The notes: a model not told the origin generated them from the sequence alone. A stretch of 64,000 bases of DNA from Thermoleophilaceae bacterium (GCA_036389835.1 DASVWC010000017.1:10877-74876), one strand, 5' to 3'; counted from the first letter of the stretch, positions 38,948 through 47,045 are shown. Numbers and translations are program-made.

Positions 38948-39415
38948 TCAGTCGGGCCGGCGCCGCGCGAACCGGCGCAGCGCGCCGCCCGCCACGGCCA
39001 TTCCGGATCCGAGCGCGGCCGCGGCCGCCGCGACGAAGCCCGTGAACGGCAGGTTCCCGCCGGAGCCGCCTCCGGAGCCGCCTCCGGAGCCGCCCCCCGA
39101 GCCGCCGCCGGAACCGCCGCCCGACCCGCCGCCCGAACCAACGCCGCCGCCGTCGTCCGGGTCGCCGCCACCGCTGTCCACGTCCGCGATCCCCTGGCCG
39201 TCGACCGTCGGGACCGTGTCGACCGATCCCGGGCCCCCGGGGCCGGCCACGAAGCCGGGGTCGCCGCCGGAGCCGGGGCCGCCCGTGGGCGAGCTGAAGC
39301 TCAGGTCGCCCGCCCCCGCCTGCGCGAGGAACAGGTGTGCCGCACTGGTCATCTCGACTAGGTCGCCGAAGTCCGTGACCACCGGCGGCACGTAGCTACG
39401 CCGCACCCCGTCCAT
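38948..39415 (-). CDS. Lasso-RiPP-leader-containing protein with a Gly/Ser-rich spacer and a C-terminal LPXTG-type sorting signal
   Basis: 155 aa. The ATG at 39415 is preceded by an AAGGTG SD. Residues 8-24, YVPPVVTDFGDLVEMTS, match Y-x2-P-x-[LV]-x3-G-x5-T-x. The C-terminus is NLPFTG, about 20 hydrophobic residues, then RRFARRRPD. Confidence 0.75.
   Translation of the reverse strand: MDGVRRSYVPPVVTDFGDLVEMTSAAHLFLAQAGAGDLSFSSPTGGPGSGGDPGFVAGPGGPGSVDTVPTVDGQGIADVDSGGGDPDDGGGVGSGGGSGGGSGGGSGGGSGGGSGGGSGGNLPFTGFVAAAAAALGSGMAVAGGALRRFARRRPD
39056..39154 (-). repeat. In-frame 12-nt tandem repeat encoding (GGGS)n
   Basis: ggagccgcc-type units are repeated about 7 times and translate to GSGGGSGGGSGGGSGGGSGGGSGGGSGG, directly before LPFTG. 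Confidence 0.85.
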
Positions 39416-39483
39416 GTCACCTTAGACTCTACGCCAGAGCAGGCGAAATCGCGCCGAGTCCTCAGTAAGCTGCCGCCCGCGCG

Positions 39484-40581
39484 ATGACCGACACCGGGGC
39501 CATACCGCTGTCGGTCGTGATCCCCGCCTACAACCGGGAGACGATGATCGCGCGCGCCGTGGCCAGCGCCTGGGGCCAGCACCCGCGCCCGCCCGCCGAG
39601 GTGATCGTGGTGGACGACTGCTCCACCGACCGCAGCGGCGCCGTGGCGGCCGAGCTCGGCGCGCGGGTGATCCGCCACGAGCAGAACCGCGGCCTGGGCG
39701 CCTCGCGCAACACGGGCATCCGCGCGGCCACGCAGCCGTGGATCGCCCTGCTCGACTCCGACGACGAGTGGCTACCGCACCTCCTCGACGCGCTCTGGCG
39801 GCTGCGCGACGACCACATTCTCGTCGGCCTCGCGTCGCTCAACTGCGGGGACGACCCGGCGTACGACCGCTTCGCGGGCCCCACCGGGCGCCGGCCGGTC
39901 GTCCTCGAGTCGCCGGCCCGGCTCCTCTACCCGGAGAACTACATCGCCGCCAGCGGCACGATGGTGCGCGCCGACGCGGTGGCGGCGGTCGGCGGCTACC
40001 GCGAGGACCTCAGCCACGGCGAGGACCTCGACCTGTGGCTGCGCGTGCTCGAGCACGGCAGCGGCATCGTCGCGCCGATGGTGGGCGTGATCTACCACCT
40101 GCACGCGGGCCAGGTCACCCGCGACCAGGTCACGATGGCGGCCCGGCAGCTCGACGTCCTGCGCTCGTACTCGGACAGGAGCTGGTGGTCGTCGGCCCGC
40201 GTGGAGGCGTGGCGGGCCGGCAGCGCCTGGGACGAGCTGCGCCGCGGCGACGGGCGCACGGTCGCGCGCTGCGCCGCGTTCATCGCCCGCCACCCGTCGC
40301 GGATCGCCGGGCTCGGCGGCCTGCTCCTGAGGCGCTGGCGCCTGCGCCGGCGGAGCGCCTCGGTCACGCGCGCCGGGACGCCGACGGTCGCCGTCCTCGC
40401 GGGCCGGCGGGTTCCGCTCGCCGGCCTCGTCTCGCTCGTGCGGCGCCCGCCGGGGGTCGCCGTGGTGGACTCGCCGGCGCAGCGCGCGCTGGTGCGCGCG
40501 CTCGGCATCCGGCCGGCCCGGCAGTCCGAGCTGCCCGACCTGGTGCGGCGGCCGTGGTCTCCGGACGGGACGCTCTCGTGA
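39484..40581 (+). CDS. Glycosyltransferase family 2
   Basis: 365 aa with LSVVIPAYNRE, VIVVDDCSTD and LLDSDDEW. Confidence 0.85.
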   Translation: MTDTGAIPLSVVIPAYNRETMIARAVASAWGQHPRPPAEVIVVDDCSTDRSGAVAAELGARVIRHEQNRGLGASRNTGIRAATQPWIALLDSDDEWLPHLLDALWRLRDDHILVGLASLNCGDDPAYDRFAGPTGRRPVVLESPARLLYPENYIAASGTMVRADAVAAVGGYREDLSHGEDLDLWLRVLEHGSGIVAPMVGVIYHLHAGQVTRDQVTMAARQLDVLRSYSDRSWWSSARVEAWRAGSAWDELRRGDGRTVARCAAFIARHPSRIAGLGGLLLRRWRLRRRSASVTRAGTPTVAVLAGRRVPLAGLVSLVRRPPGVAVVDSPAQRALVRALGIRPARQSELPDLVRRPWSPDGTLS

Positions 40582-41822
40582 GCCGGCTGCGCTGCGCCTA
40601 CCTGGTCGCCCGCCACCCCGCGGTGACCCAGACCTTCATCTCGCACGAGATCCGCGCCCTCCGCGCGCGCGGCGCCGAGATCGCGACGGCCTCGATCCGC
40701 CGCTCGGCCCGCGGCGAGGCGCTCTCCCCGGCGACCGAGCGCGAGCGGCGCGAGACCTACGCGCTGCTGCCCACCTCTCCCTGGCGCCTCCTGCGCGCGC
40801 ACGCCGCCGCCTTCGCCCACTCCCCGGGCGCCTACCTGCACACGCTCGCCGCCGCGCTGTGGATGGGGCCCGCCGGCGCCCGCAACCGGCTCTGGCAGGT
40901 CTTCTACTTCGCGGAGACGATGCTGCTCTGGCACTGGCTCGCGCGCGAGGACATCCGCCACGTGCACGTGCACTTCGCGAACGTGGCGAGCGACGTGGCG
41001 ATGCTGTGCACGCGCTTCGGCAACCGCTCGGCCCGCGACGGCCGCCGCTGGAGCTGGAGCCTGACGGTGCACGGGCCGACCGAGCTGCTCGACATGAAGG
41101 CGCACAAGCTCGAGCGCAAGGTCCGCTCGGCCGACGCCGTGATCTGCACCAGCGACTTCGTGCGCAGCCAGCTCCTCAGCCTCGTCCCGAGCCCGCAGGG
41201 GACCGAGCTGCTCACGCTGCGCTGCGGCATCGACCGCTCGATCTTCCACCCGGCCGCCGAGCGCGACCCGAACGACCGCGTCGAGATCCTGAACGTCGCC
41301 GGGATGTCCGCCCGCAAGGGCCATCGCTTCCTGCTCGAGGCGCTGGAGACCCTCCACGCCCGCGGAGTGGACTTCCACGCCCGGCTGGTGGGCGACGGCC
41401 CCGAGCGCGACGGGCTCGAGGCCCTCGTCCGCGAGCGCGGGCTCGCGGACCGGGTCGAGTTCATGGGCGCGCTCGGCGAGCACGTCGTGCCCGACCTCTA
41501 CCGCCAGGCCGACGTCTTCTGCCTGCCGTCGTTCGCGGAGGGGGTGCCGACCGTGCTCATGGAGGCGATGGCCACCGGGCTGCCGGTGGTCGCGACGCAC
41601 ATCATGGGGGTGCCGGAGCTGGTCCGGGATGGCAGGACCGGCCTCGTGGTGCCGCCCGCCCGGGCCGACGCCCTCGCCGACGCCCTCGAGGCGCTCGCCC
41701 GCGATCCGGAGCTGCGGCGCAGGCTGGGCGACGCCGCCCGCGAGTGCGTGACCTCGGAGTACGACCTGAATCGCGCGGCGGAGGCCCTCGAGGCCGTCCT
41801 GGCTCGGCTCGCCGAGCGCTGA
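40578..41822 (+). CDS. Glycosyltransferase family 4 (GT-B)
   Basis: The GTG at 40578 overlaps the previous stop (GTGA). The 414-aa protein has AGMSARKGH and PSFAEGVPTVLMEAMATGLPVVAT. Confidence 0.85.
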   Translation: MSRLRCAYLVARHPAVTQTFISHEIRALRARGAEIATASIRRSARGEALSPATERERRETYALLPTSPWRLLRAHAAAFAHSPGAYLHTLAAALWMGPAGARNRLWQVFYFAETMLLWHWLAREDIRHVHVHFANVASDVAMLCTRFGNRSARDGRRWSWSLTVHGPTELLDMKAHKLERKVRSADAVICTSDFVRSQLLSLVPSPQGTELLTLRCGIDRSIFHPAAERDPNDRVEILNVAGMSARKGHRFLLEALETLHARGVDFHARLVGDGPERDGLEALVRERGLADRVEFMGALGEHVVPDLYRQADVFCLPSFAEGVPTVLMEAMATGLPVVATHIMGVPELVRDGRTGLVVPPARADALADALEALARDPELRRRLGDAARECVTSEYDLNRAAEALEAVLARLAER

Positions 41823-41876
41823 GCGGCACGCTTGCAACCGGTGGCGCGCGCCCATGCGCTGTGCTCCAATAACGCG

Positions 41877-42578
41877 GTGACAGGCACCCTGACGCCGGAG
41901 AGCGACCTCGTCCGCGCGGCGACGGCCCCGCCGCTGGCGCTCGACGGGATCGTCAAGCGCTGGCCCGGCGCCCCGCCCGTGCTCGAGGGCGTGAGCCTCA
42001 GGCTCGAGCCGGGCCAGGCCGTCGCGATCTGCGGGCGCAACGGGGCCGGCAAGACCACGCTGCTGCGGATCGCGGCCGGGCTCTTCGGCCCCGACCAGGG
42101 CAGCGTCCGCCTCGACGGCCTCGACCCCGAGCACGACCGGACCGAGTTCCAGCGCCGGCTCGGCTTCCTGTCCGCCGGCAACAGCGGCCTCTACGCCCGG
42201 CTCAAGCCCGAGCATCACCTCGAGCTGTGGTCGCGGCTGGCGCTCGTGCCGAAGCGCCGGCGCGAGGCCGCGATCGCCGGCGCGGTCCGCGCCTTCGAGC
42301 TCGACCCGCTCTGCGGGAAGCGCGTCGACCGCCTCTCGATGGGCCAGCGGCAGCGGCTCCGCCTCGCGCTCGCGTTCCTGCACGAGCCGACCGTCGTCCT
42401 GCTGGACGAGCCGGGCACGAGCCTCGACGACGAGGGCATCGCGATGATCGGGGCCGCGCTCGAGCGCCTCAAGTCGCGCGGCGGCGCCGCCGTCGTTTGC
42501 CTGCCCTCCGGCTGGGAGGCCGTCCCCGCGGTCGACGCGGGCTTCGTCCTCGCGAACGGCCGCCTGGAGCCGGCGTGA
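41877..42578 (+). CDS. ABC transporter ATP-binding protein
   Basis: The Walker A is GRNGAGKTT, the signature is LSMGQRQRL and the Walker B is VVLLDEP. The start is uncertain: GTG 41877 or TTG 41832. Confidence 0.85.
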   Translation: MTGTLTPESDLVRAATAPPLALDGIVKRWPGAPPVLEGVSLRLEPGQAVAICGRNGAGKTTLLRIAAGLFGPDQGSVRLDGLDPEHDRTEFQRRLGFLSAGNSGLYARLKPEHHLELWSRLALVPKRRREAAIAGAVRAFELDPLCGKRVDRLSMGQRQRLRLALAFLHEPTVVLLDEPGTSLDDEGIAMIGAALERLKSRGGAAVVCLPSGWEAVPAVDAGFVLANGRLEPA

Positions 42579-43387
42579 GGTCGGCCGCGGCACTCGCCGG
42601 CGCGGCCGGCGCCATCTGCAAGCGCGACCTGCTCGTCCTGCTCAGCTACCGCACCCGCACGTTCACGATCGTCTTCGGGACGGCGTTCAGCCTCACGCTC
42701 TTCTACTACGTCTCCCGTCTCGTGTCCTCGCCGCGGATCGGCTCGCCGGACGACTACTACGCGTTCGTCGTGGTCGGGCTCGTGATCTTCGGCCTCGTCA
42801 GCTCCACGCTCTCCGCGCCGGTCACGACCCTGCGCGCGGAGCTCCAGGCCGGGACGTTCGAGCGGATGGTGCTCTCGCCCTTCGGCCCCGTCCGGTCGAT
42901 CGCCTCGCTGCTGCTGTTCCCGCTGATCCAGGCGGTCGTGCTGGGGGTCCTGTCGCTCGCCTTCGCCGCGCTCGCGTTCGGGCTCGACGTGCGCTGGTCC
43001 ACGGCCGCGCTGGTCGTGCCGGTCGGGGCCCTCGCTGCGGGCGCGTTCGCGCCGTTCGGGCTGCTGATGACCGCGGCCGCCGTGCTCTTCAAGCAGACCA
43101 GCGCCGGCGCCACCTTCATCATCACCGGGATCACGCTGCTGGCGGGCGTGTACTTCCCGGTCGAGCTGCTGCCGGGCTGGATCCGCTGGGCGTCCGAGGT
43201 GCAGCCGTTCACGCCGGCCGTCGACGTGCTGCGCAACGTGCTCGTCGGCACGCCGCTGCGCAACCCCGCCTGGGAGGACCTCGTCAAGCTCGCGGGCTTC
43301 GCGCTGGCGCTGCTGCCGGTGTCCGCGCTGACGCTGCGCGCGGCCGTCGCTCGCAGCCGCCGGACCGGCACGATCATCGAGTACTGA
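42575..43387 (+). CDS. ABC-2 type transporter permease
   Basis: The GTG at 42575 overlaps the ATPase stop (GTGA). The 270-aa protein has 6 TM helices and the typical ABC-2 region FERMVLSPFGP. Confidence 0.85.
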   Translation: MRSAAALAGAAGAICKRDLLVLLSYRTRTFTIVFGTAFSLTLFYYVSRLVSSPRIGSPDDYYAFVVVGLVIFGLVSSTLSAPVTTLRAELQAGTFERMVLSPFGPVRSIASLLLFPLIQAVVLGVLSLAFAALAFGLDVRWSTAALVVPVGALAAGAFAPFGLLMTAAAVLFKQTSAGATFIITGITLLAGVYFPVELLPGWIRWASEVQPFTPAVDVLRNVLVGTPLRNPAWEDLVKLAGFALALLPVSALTLRAAVARSRRTGTIIEY

Positions 43388-43695
43388 TGGCCGGCTCTCC
43401 TACACCGGGGGACTCGCTCCTGAACGCCCGCGTGCGCGTGCCCGAGCACGTCGTCTACCGCGACTTCGGCGACGAGACGGTGATCCTCAACCTCGACAGC
43501 GGCATGTACCACGGCCTCAACCACACGGCCGCCGCGATGCTCTCCACGCTGGGCGAGAGCGAGTCGGTGGCCGCGGCGATCGACCGGCTCGTCGGCGAGC
43601 TCGGCCAGCCGCGGGAGGTGATCCAGCCCGACGTGCTGGACCTCTGCCACGCACTCGCCGACCGCGGGCTGATCGAGCACGATGGCGGCGACTGA
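43387..43695 (+). CDS. PqqD-family RiPP recognition element (lasso B1)
   Basis: 102 aa with VVYRDFGDETVILNLDSGMYHGLNHTAAAML...LCHALADRGLI. The ATG overlaps the permease stop (TGATG). Confidence 0.85.
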   Translation: MAGSPTPGDSLLNARVRVPEHVVYRDFGDETVILNLDSGMYHGLNHTAAAMLSTLGESESVAAAIDRLVGELGQPREVIQPDVLDLCHALADRGLIEHDGGD

Positions 43696-44662
43696 GCCCG
43701 AGGCCGGCCGGCCCGAGCGCCGCCGCGCGTACGCCTTCGGGCTCGACCTCGACCTCTCGTTCCCGGCGCCCGGCCTGCCGGAGGCGAGCGGCGCGACCGG
43801 CGGGCGCCCCGCGCGCGCCGACCTGGTGGAGCCCGGTGCGATCGACCGCGACTGGCCCGCCGGAGAGGCCGAGGAGGTGCTCGCCGAGCGCTTCGACGAC
43901 GGCGCGGTGGCGCGCACGATCCACGCGCACCCCGAGGCTGGCTACCGGCTCTACGCCCGCCACTTCGGCCTCGCACGCCTGTCGCCGGACGGCGCGCGCA
44001 TCGCCTGCTCGCCGCCCGACGTCGAGCCCTGGAGCTGGCAGCGCTTCCTCGTGGGCCGGATCCTGCCGTGGGCGGCGGTGCTGCGCGGGCTCGAGGCGTT
44101 CCACGCGAGCGCGGTCGAGACCGGCGGCCGCGCCGTGGCGTTCGTGGGCGCGACCGGCGCGGGCAAGACCTCGCTCGCGATCCAGCTCGTGGGCCGCGGC
44201 GCGAGCTTCCTGACCGACGACGTGCTCGCACTCGAGCGCCGCGGCGGCGTGCTCTGGGCGCACCCCGGGGCGGGCATCGCGAGCGTGCGGCCGGCCGAGC
44301 GCGAGACGATCTCCGGCCCGATCTGGGAGCGCCTCGGCTCGGTGCTCGGCGAGAGCGGCAAGACGTACCTGGAGGTTCCGCGCCGCGACGGCCCGGTGCC
44401 GCTCGCGGCGGTGTACTACCTGCGCCCGGGCGGCGACGCCGCGATCGAGCCGTTCGAGCGCCCGGACCCGCGCCTGCTGCTCGCGAGCACCTTCGTGCTC
44501 GGCGTCCGGACCCCGGAGCGGCTCGCCAACCAGCTCGACGTCTGCTCCGCGCTCGCCCGGACCGTCCCCGTGTTCTGGCTCAGGGTGGACGCCGGCGAGG
44601 GCTCGGCGCGGCTCGCCGCCGCCGTCGACGACCACGTGCGGGCGCTGGAGCCGGTCGCGTGA
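43682..44662 (+). CDS. HPr-kinase-related serine kinase (lasso-precursor kinase type)
   Basis: 326 aa with HASAVETGGRAVAFVGATGAGKTSLAIQLVGRGASFLTDDV, which is an HprK C-terminal-domain P-loop. It overlaps the PqqD gene by 14 nt. Confidence 0.8.
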   Translation: MAATEPEAGRPERRRAYAFGLDLDLSFPAPGLPEASGATGGRPARADLVEPGAIDRDWPAGEAEEVLAERFDDGAVARTIHAHPEAGYRLYARHFGLARLSPDGARIACSPPDVEPWSWQRFLVGRILPWAAVLRGLEAFHASAVETGGRAVAFVGATGAGKTSLAIQLVGRGASFLTDDVLALERRGGVLWAHPGAGIASVRPAERETISGPIWERLGSVLGESGKTYLEVPRRDGPVPLAAVYYLRPGGDAAIEPFERPDPRLLLASTFVLGVRTPERLANQLDVCSALARTVPVFWLRVDAGEGSARLAAAVDDHVRALEPVA

Positions 44663-45057
44663 GGCCGACGCCCGCGAACGTCGCGCTCGCCGCCGAGGTG
44701 GTGGCCTCGTACGTCCGCGCGCGGCGGAAGCTGCGGCACGCGGACCTGCGCGTCGCGCTCGCGGACCTGCGCGCGGTGGACTCGCCGCGGCTGCGGCCGC
44801 CCGCCGATCCGATCGACGGCGGGCGCCGGCTCGGCCGCGCGGTCGCGCGCACGCTCGCGCTGCTTCCCGGCGACACCCGCTGCCTGACCCAGTCGCTCGT
44901 GCTCACGCGACTGCTCGCGGCCCGCGGCATGGAGTCGCGGCTCGTGATCGGCGTCCGGCCCGGCGAGCGCTTCGCCGCGCACGCCTGGGTCGAGCACGAC
45001 GGCGTCCCGCTCCTGCCGCCCGGCGCGGACCACTTCGAGGAGCTCGTGACGCTCTGA
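44659..45057 (+). CDS. Lasso peptide leader peptidase B2 (transglutaminase-like Cys protease)
   Basis: The GTG at 44659 overlaps the kinase stop (GTGA). The 132-aa protein has Cys (CLTQSLVL), His (AHAWVE) and Asp (HDG) in the canonical order. Confidence 0.85.
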   Translation: MRPTPANVALAAEVVASYVRARRKLRHADLRVALADLRAVDSPRLRPPADPIDGGRRLGRAVARTLALLPGDTRCLTQSLVLTRLLAARGMESRLVIGVRPGERFAAHAWVEHDGVPLLPPGADHFEELVTL

Positions 45058-45110
45058 CCGCCGCGTTCGCAGGGCGCTACGGACCGGAGGGTCCCGACGC
45101 GGAGGCCCTG

Positions 45111-46832
45111 GTGCGGTCGCTGCGCCGCGACGGTGCGGCCGGCGCGGCGCGGGCCGGGCCGCTGGCGATCGCCTCGACGAGCGGCGTGCACGCGCCGGCA
45201 GGCGGCCCGCTCTGCGTAGTGGACGGCCGTCTCGACGCCGGCCCGCTGGCCCGCGCCGCCGGGCTCGACCCCGCCCTCCCCGCCGCGGAGCTGGTCGCGG
45301 CGGCCTACGCGCGCCTCGGGCCCGCGGCGCTCGACCGCCTCGAGGGGGAGTTCGCGCTGGCCGTCTGGGACGAGCGCGCCGGCCGCGGCGCGCTCGCCCG
45401 CGACCGCCTCGGCGCGCGCCCGGTCTTCCTCGCCGAGCACGCCGGCGCGCTGCTGTTCGCCTCCGAGGTGCGCAACCTGCTCGCGCTGCTGCCGTCGCGC
45501 CCGGCGCCCGACGAGACGGCGATGGCCCACTGGCTGGCGCGCGCGCCGCTCCCGCGCGGACGCACGCTCTACAGCGGCATCCGGCCGCTCCCCGGCGGGC
45601 ACGCGCTCGAGCTGGCCGGCGGCCGCTGGCGCGAGCGGCGCGTGTGGCGCCCGCGCCACGCCGCCGCGCGGCGGCTCGGCGAGCGCGAGGCCGCCGAAGC
45701 CGTGCGCGCCTGCCTCGGCGCCGCCGTCGAGCGCAGCCTGCGCGGCGCCGAGCGCCCGGCGATCCTCCTGAGCGGCGGGCTCGACTCGGCCGCGGTCGCC
45801 GCGGCCGCGAGCGCCGCCGGCACGCGCCCGGCCGCGTACTCGGCGCTGTTCCCCGAGCACCCGGAGGTGGACGAGTCGCAGCGGATCCGGTCGGTGCGCG
45901 AGCGGCTCGGCCTCGACGGCGTCGAGGCCGACCTGGGCGGCGGCAGCGCGATCGAGCGCGCTCGCGAGTTCACGCGCGAGTGGGAGCTGCCGTCGGTCTC
46001 CCCGAACCGCTTCGTCTGGGCCCCGCTCCTGGCCCGGGCGCGCGACGACGGCGTCGACGTCGTGCTCGACGGGGCGGGCGGCGACGAGCTGTTCGGCTGC
46101 GCGCGCTACCTGGTCGCCGACGAGCTGCGCCGCGGCGCCCCGCTCGCGGCCGTGCGGGTCGCCCGCCGGCTGCCGGGCATGGGCTCGAGCCCGCCGCCGC
46201 GCTGGATCGCGCGCGCGCTGGCGACCTACGGGCTGCGCGCCGCGCTCCCCCACCGGCTGCACGAGCGGCTGCGCGCCGCGCGCGGCCGCTCGGGCGGACC
46301 GGACTGGCTCGCGGCCGGGGTGACCCACGACCGCTGGAGCTGGAAGCGCGAGCCCGGCCCGCGCTGGTGGGCGCAGCTCGTGCACCTGCTGACGAGCGAC
46401 GAGCTGGGCGTGGCCGACCAGCTCAGGCGCGAGGCGGCGATCCACGGGCTCGAGCTGAGGCACCCGCTGCGCGACCCGGCCCTGATCGACCTCGTGCTCG
46501 AGCTGCCGCCCGAGCTCGGGTTCGACCCGGACCTCGACCGGCCGCTGCTGCGCCGCGCGCTGGCGGGCGAGCTGCCCGACGCCGTCCTGCGCGAGGTCCG
46601 CAAGCCCGCCTTCAACCCGCTGCTGGAGGCCGCGCTGGCGGGCCCTGACCGCCGGGGACTGGCGGCCCTGCTGGCCGCTCCGCCCCCGGAGCTGACCGCC
46701 CTCGTGAGGCCCGGATCCGGCGCCTTCGAGCCATTCGAGGCCGGAAACCGGGCGCCGGGGCGCGCCCTCGAGCTGTGGCGGCTGGTCACGCTCGCGGTCT
46801 GGCTGGACCATCAGGGGGACGGTTCTGCTTGA
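45111..46832 (+). CDS. Lasso peptide macrolactam synthetase C (asparagine-synthetase-like, no Cys nucleophile)
   Basis: The PP-loop is ILLSGGLDSAAV, with DGAGGDELFG also present. The first canonical start is the GTG at 45111. The frame stays open back to a CTG at 45054 that overlaps the B2 stop, and the extra residues TAAFAG mimic the CGIAG N-terminus. Confidence 0.85.
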   Translation: MRSLRRDGAAGAARAGPLAIASTSGVHAPAGGPLCVVDGRLDAGPLARAAGLDPALPAAELVAAAYARLGPAALDRLEGEFALAVWDERAGRGALARDRLGARPVFLAEHAGALLFASEVRNLLALLPSRPAPDETAMAHWLARAPLPRGRTLYSGIRPLPGGHALELAGGRWRERRVWRPRHAAARRLGEREAAEAVRACLGAAVERSLRGAERPAILLSGGLDSAAVAAAASAAGTRPAAYSALFPEHPEVDESQRIRSVRERLGLDGVEADLGGGSAIERAREFTREWELPSVSPNRFVWAPLLARARDDGVDVVLDGAGGDELFGCARYLVADELRRGAPLAAVRVARRLPGMGSSPPPRWIARALATYGLRAALPHRLHERLRAARGRSGGPDWLAAGVTHDRWSWKREPGPRWWAQLVHLLTSDELGVADQLRREAAIHGLELRHPLRDPALIDLVLELPPELGFDPDLDRPLLRRALAGELPDAVLREVRKPAFNPLLEAALAGPDRRGLAALLAAPPPELTALVRPGSGAFEPFEAGNRAPGRALELWRLVTLAVWLDHQGDGSA

Positions 46833-46857
46833 AGAGGGCGTTTCAGATGCGTATATT
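46829..46857 (+). promoter_or_regulatory. Sigma-70-like promoter in front of the precursor gene
   Basis: TTGAAG (46829-46834), a 17-nt spacer, then TATATT (46852-46857). It sits in a locally AT-richer patch of an otherwise very GC-rich region, about 45 nt upstream of the precursor ATG. Confidence 0.45.
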
Positions 46858-46901
46858 CCGGCGATCTACACGGGGGGCTGCTTTGTGAAGGAGGAGGTGT
46901 A

Positions 46902-47036
46902 ATGGACTACGAGACCCCAATCGTTCTTGACTACGGGACGCTTACGGACCTGACCGCGGGTCAGACCGACGGCAACTTCCTGGACGCGGACTTCCCGTCC
47001 GGAACCCCGAAGGACGAGCTCACCTTCTCCAACTAG
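46902..47036 (+). CDS. Lasso peptide precursor (44 aa; not in the ORF track)
   Basis: The translation is MDYETPIVLDYGTLTDLTA|GQTDGNFLDADFPSGTPKDELTFSN. The strong SD GAAGGAGGAGGTG ends 2 nt before the ATG. The leader motif is Y3-P6-V8-G12-T18 with Thr at the penultimate leader position. The core has Gly1 and Asp9. Confidence 0.8.
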   Translation: MDYETPIVLDYGTLTDLTAGQTDGNFLDADFPSGTPKDELTFSN

Positions 47037-47045
47037 CCCGACCGC

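Noticed and set aside
38495-39395. Plus-strand ORFs 38495..39361 and 38730..39395, with a PPEPPPEPPPEP tract, antisense to the LPXTG gene
   Set aside because: The Pro-rich tract is simply the reverse complement of the (GGGS)n repeat. The minus-strand reading has an SD, an ATG, a lasso leader motif and a complete sorting signal, whereas the plus-strand readings have none of these.
38948-39415. Treating the 155-aa leader-bearing protein as a second canonical lasso precursor
   Set aside because: After the T-S leader end there is no Asp/Glu at core positions 7-9; the first acidic residue is at position 13. The product would also be far longer than any lasso core. It is kept as a leader-containing protein of unknown fate.
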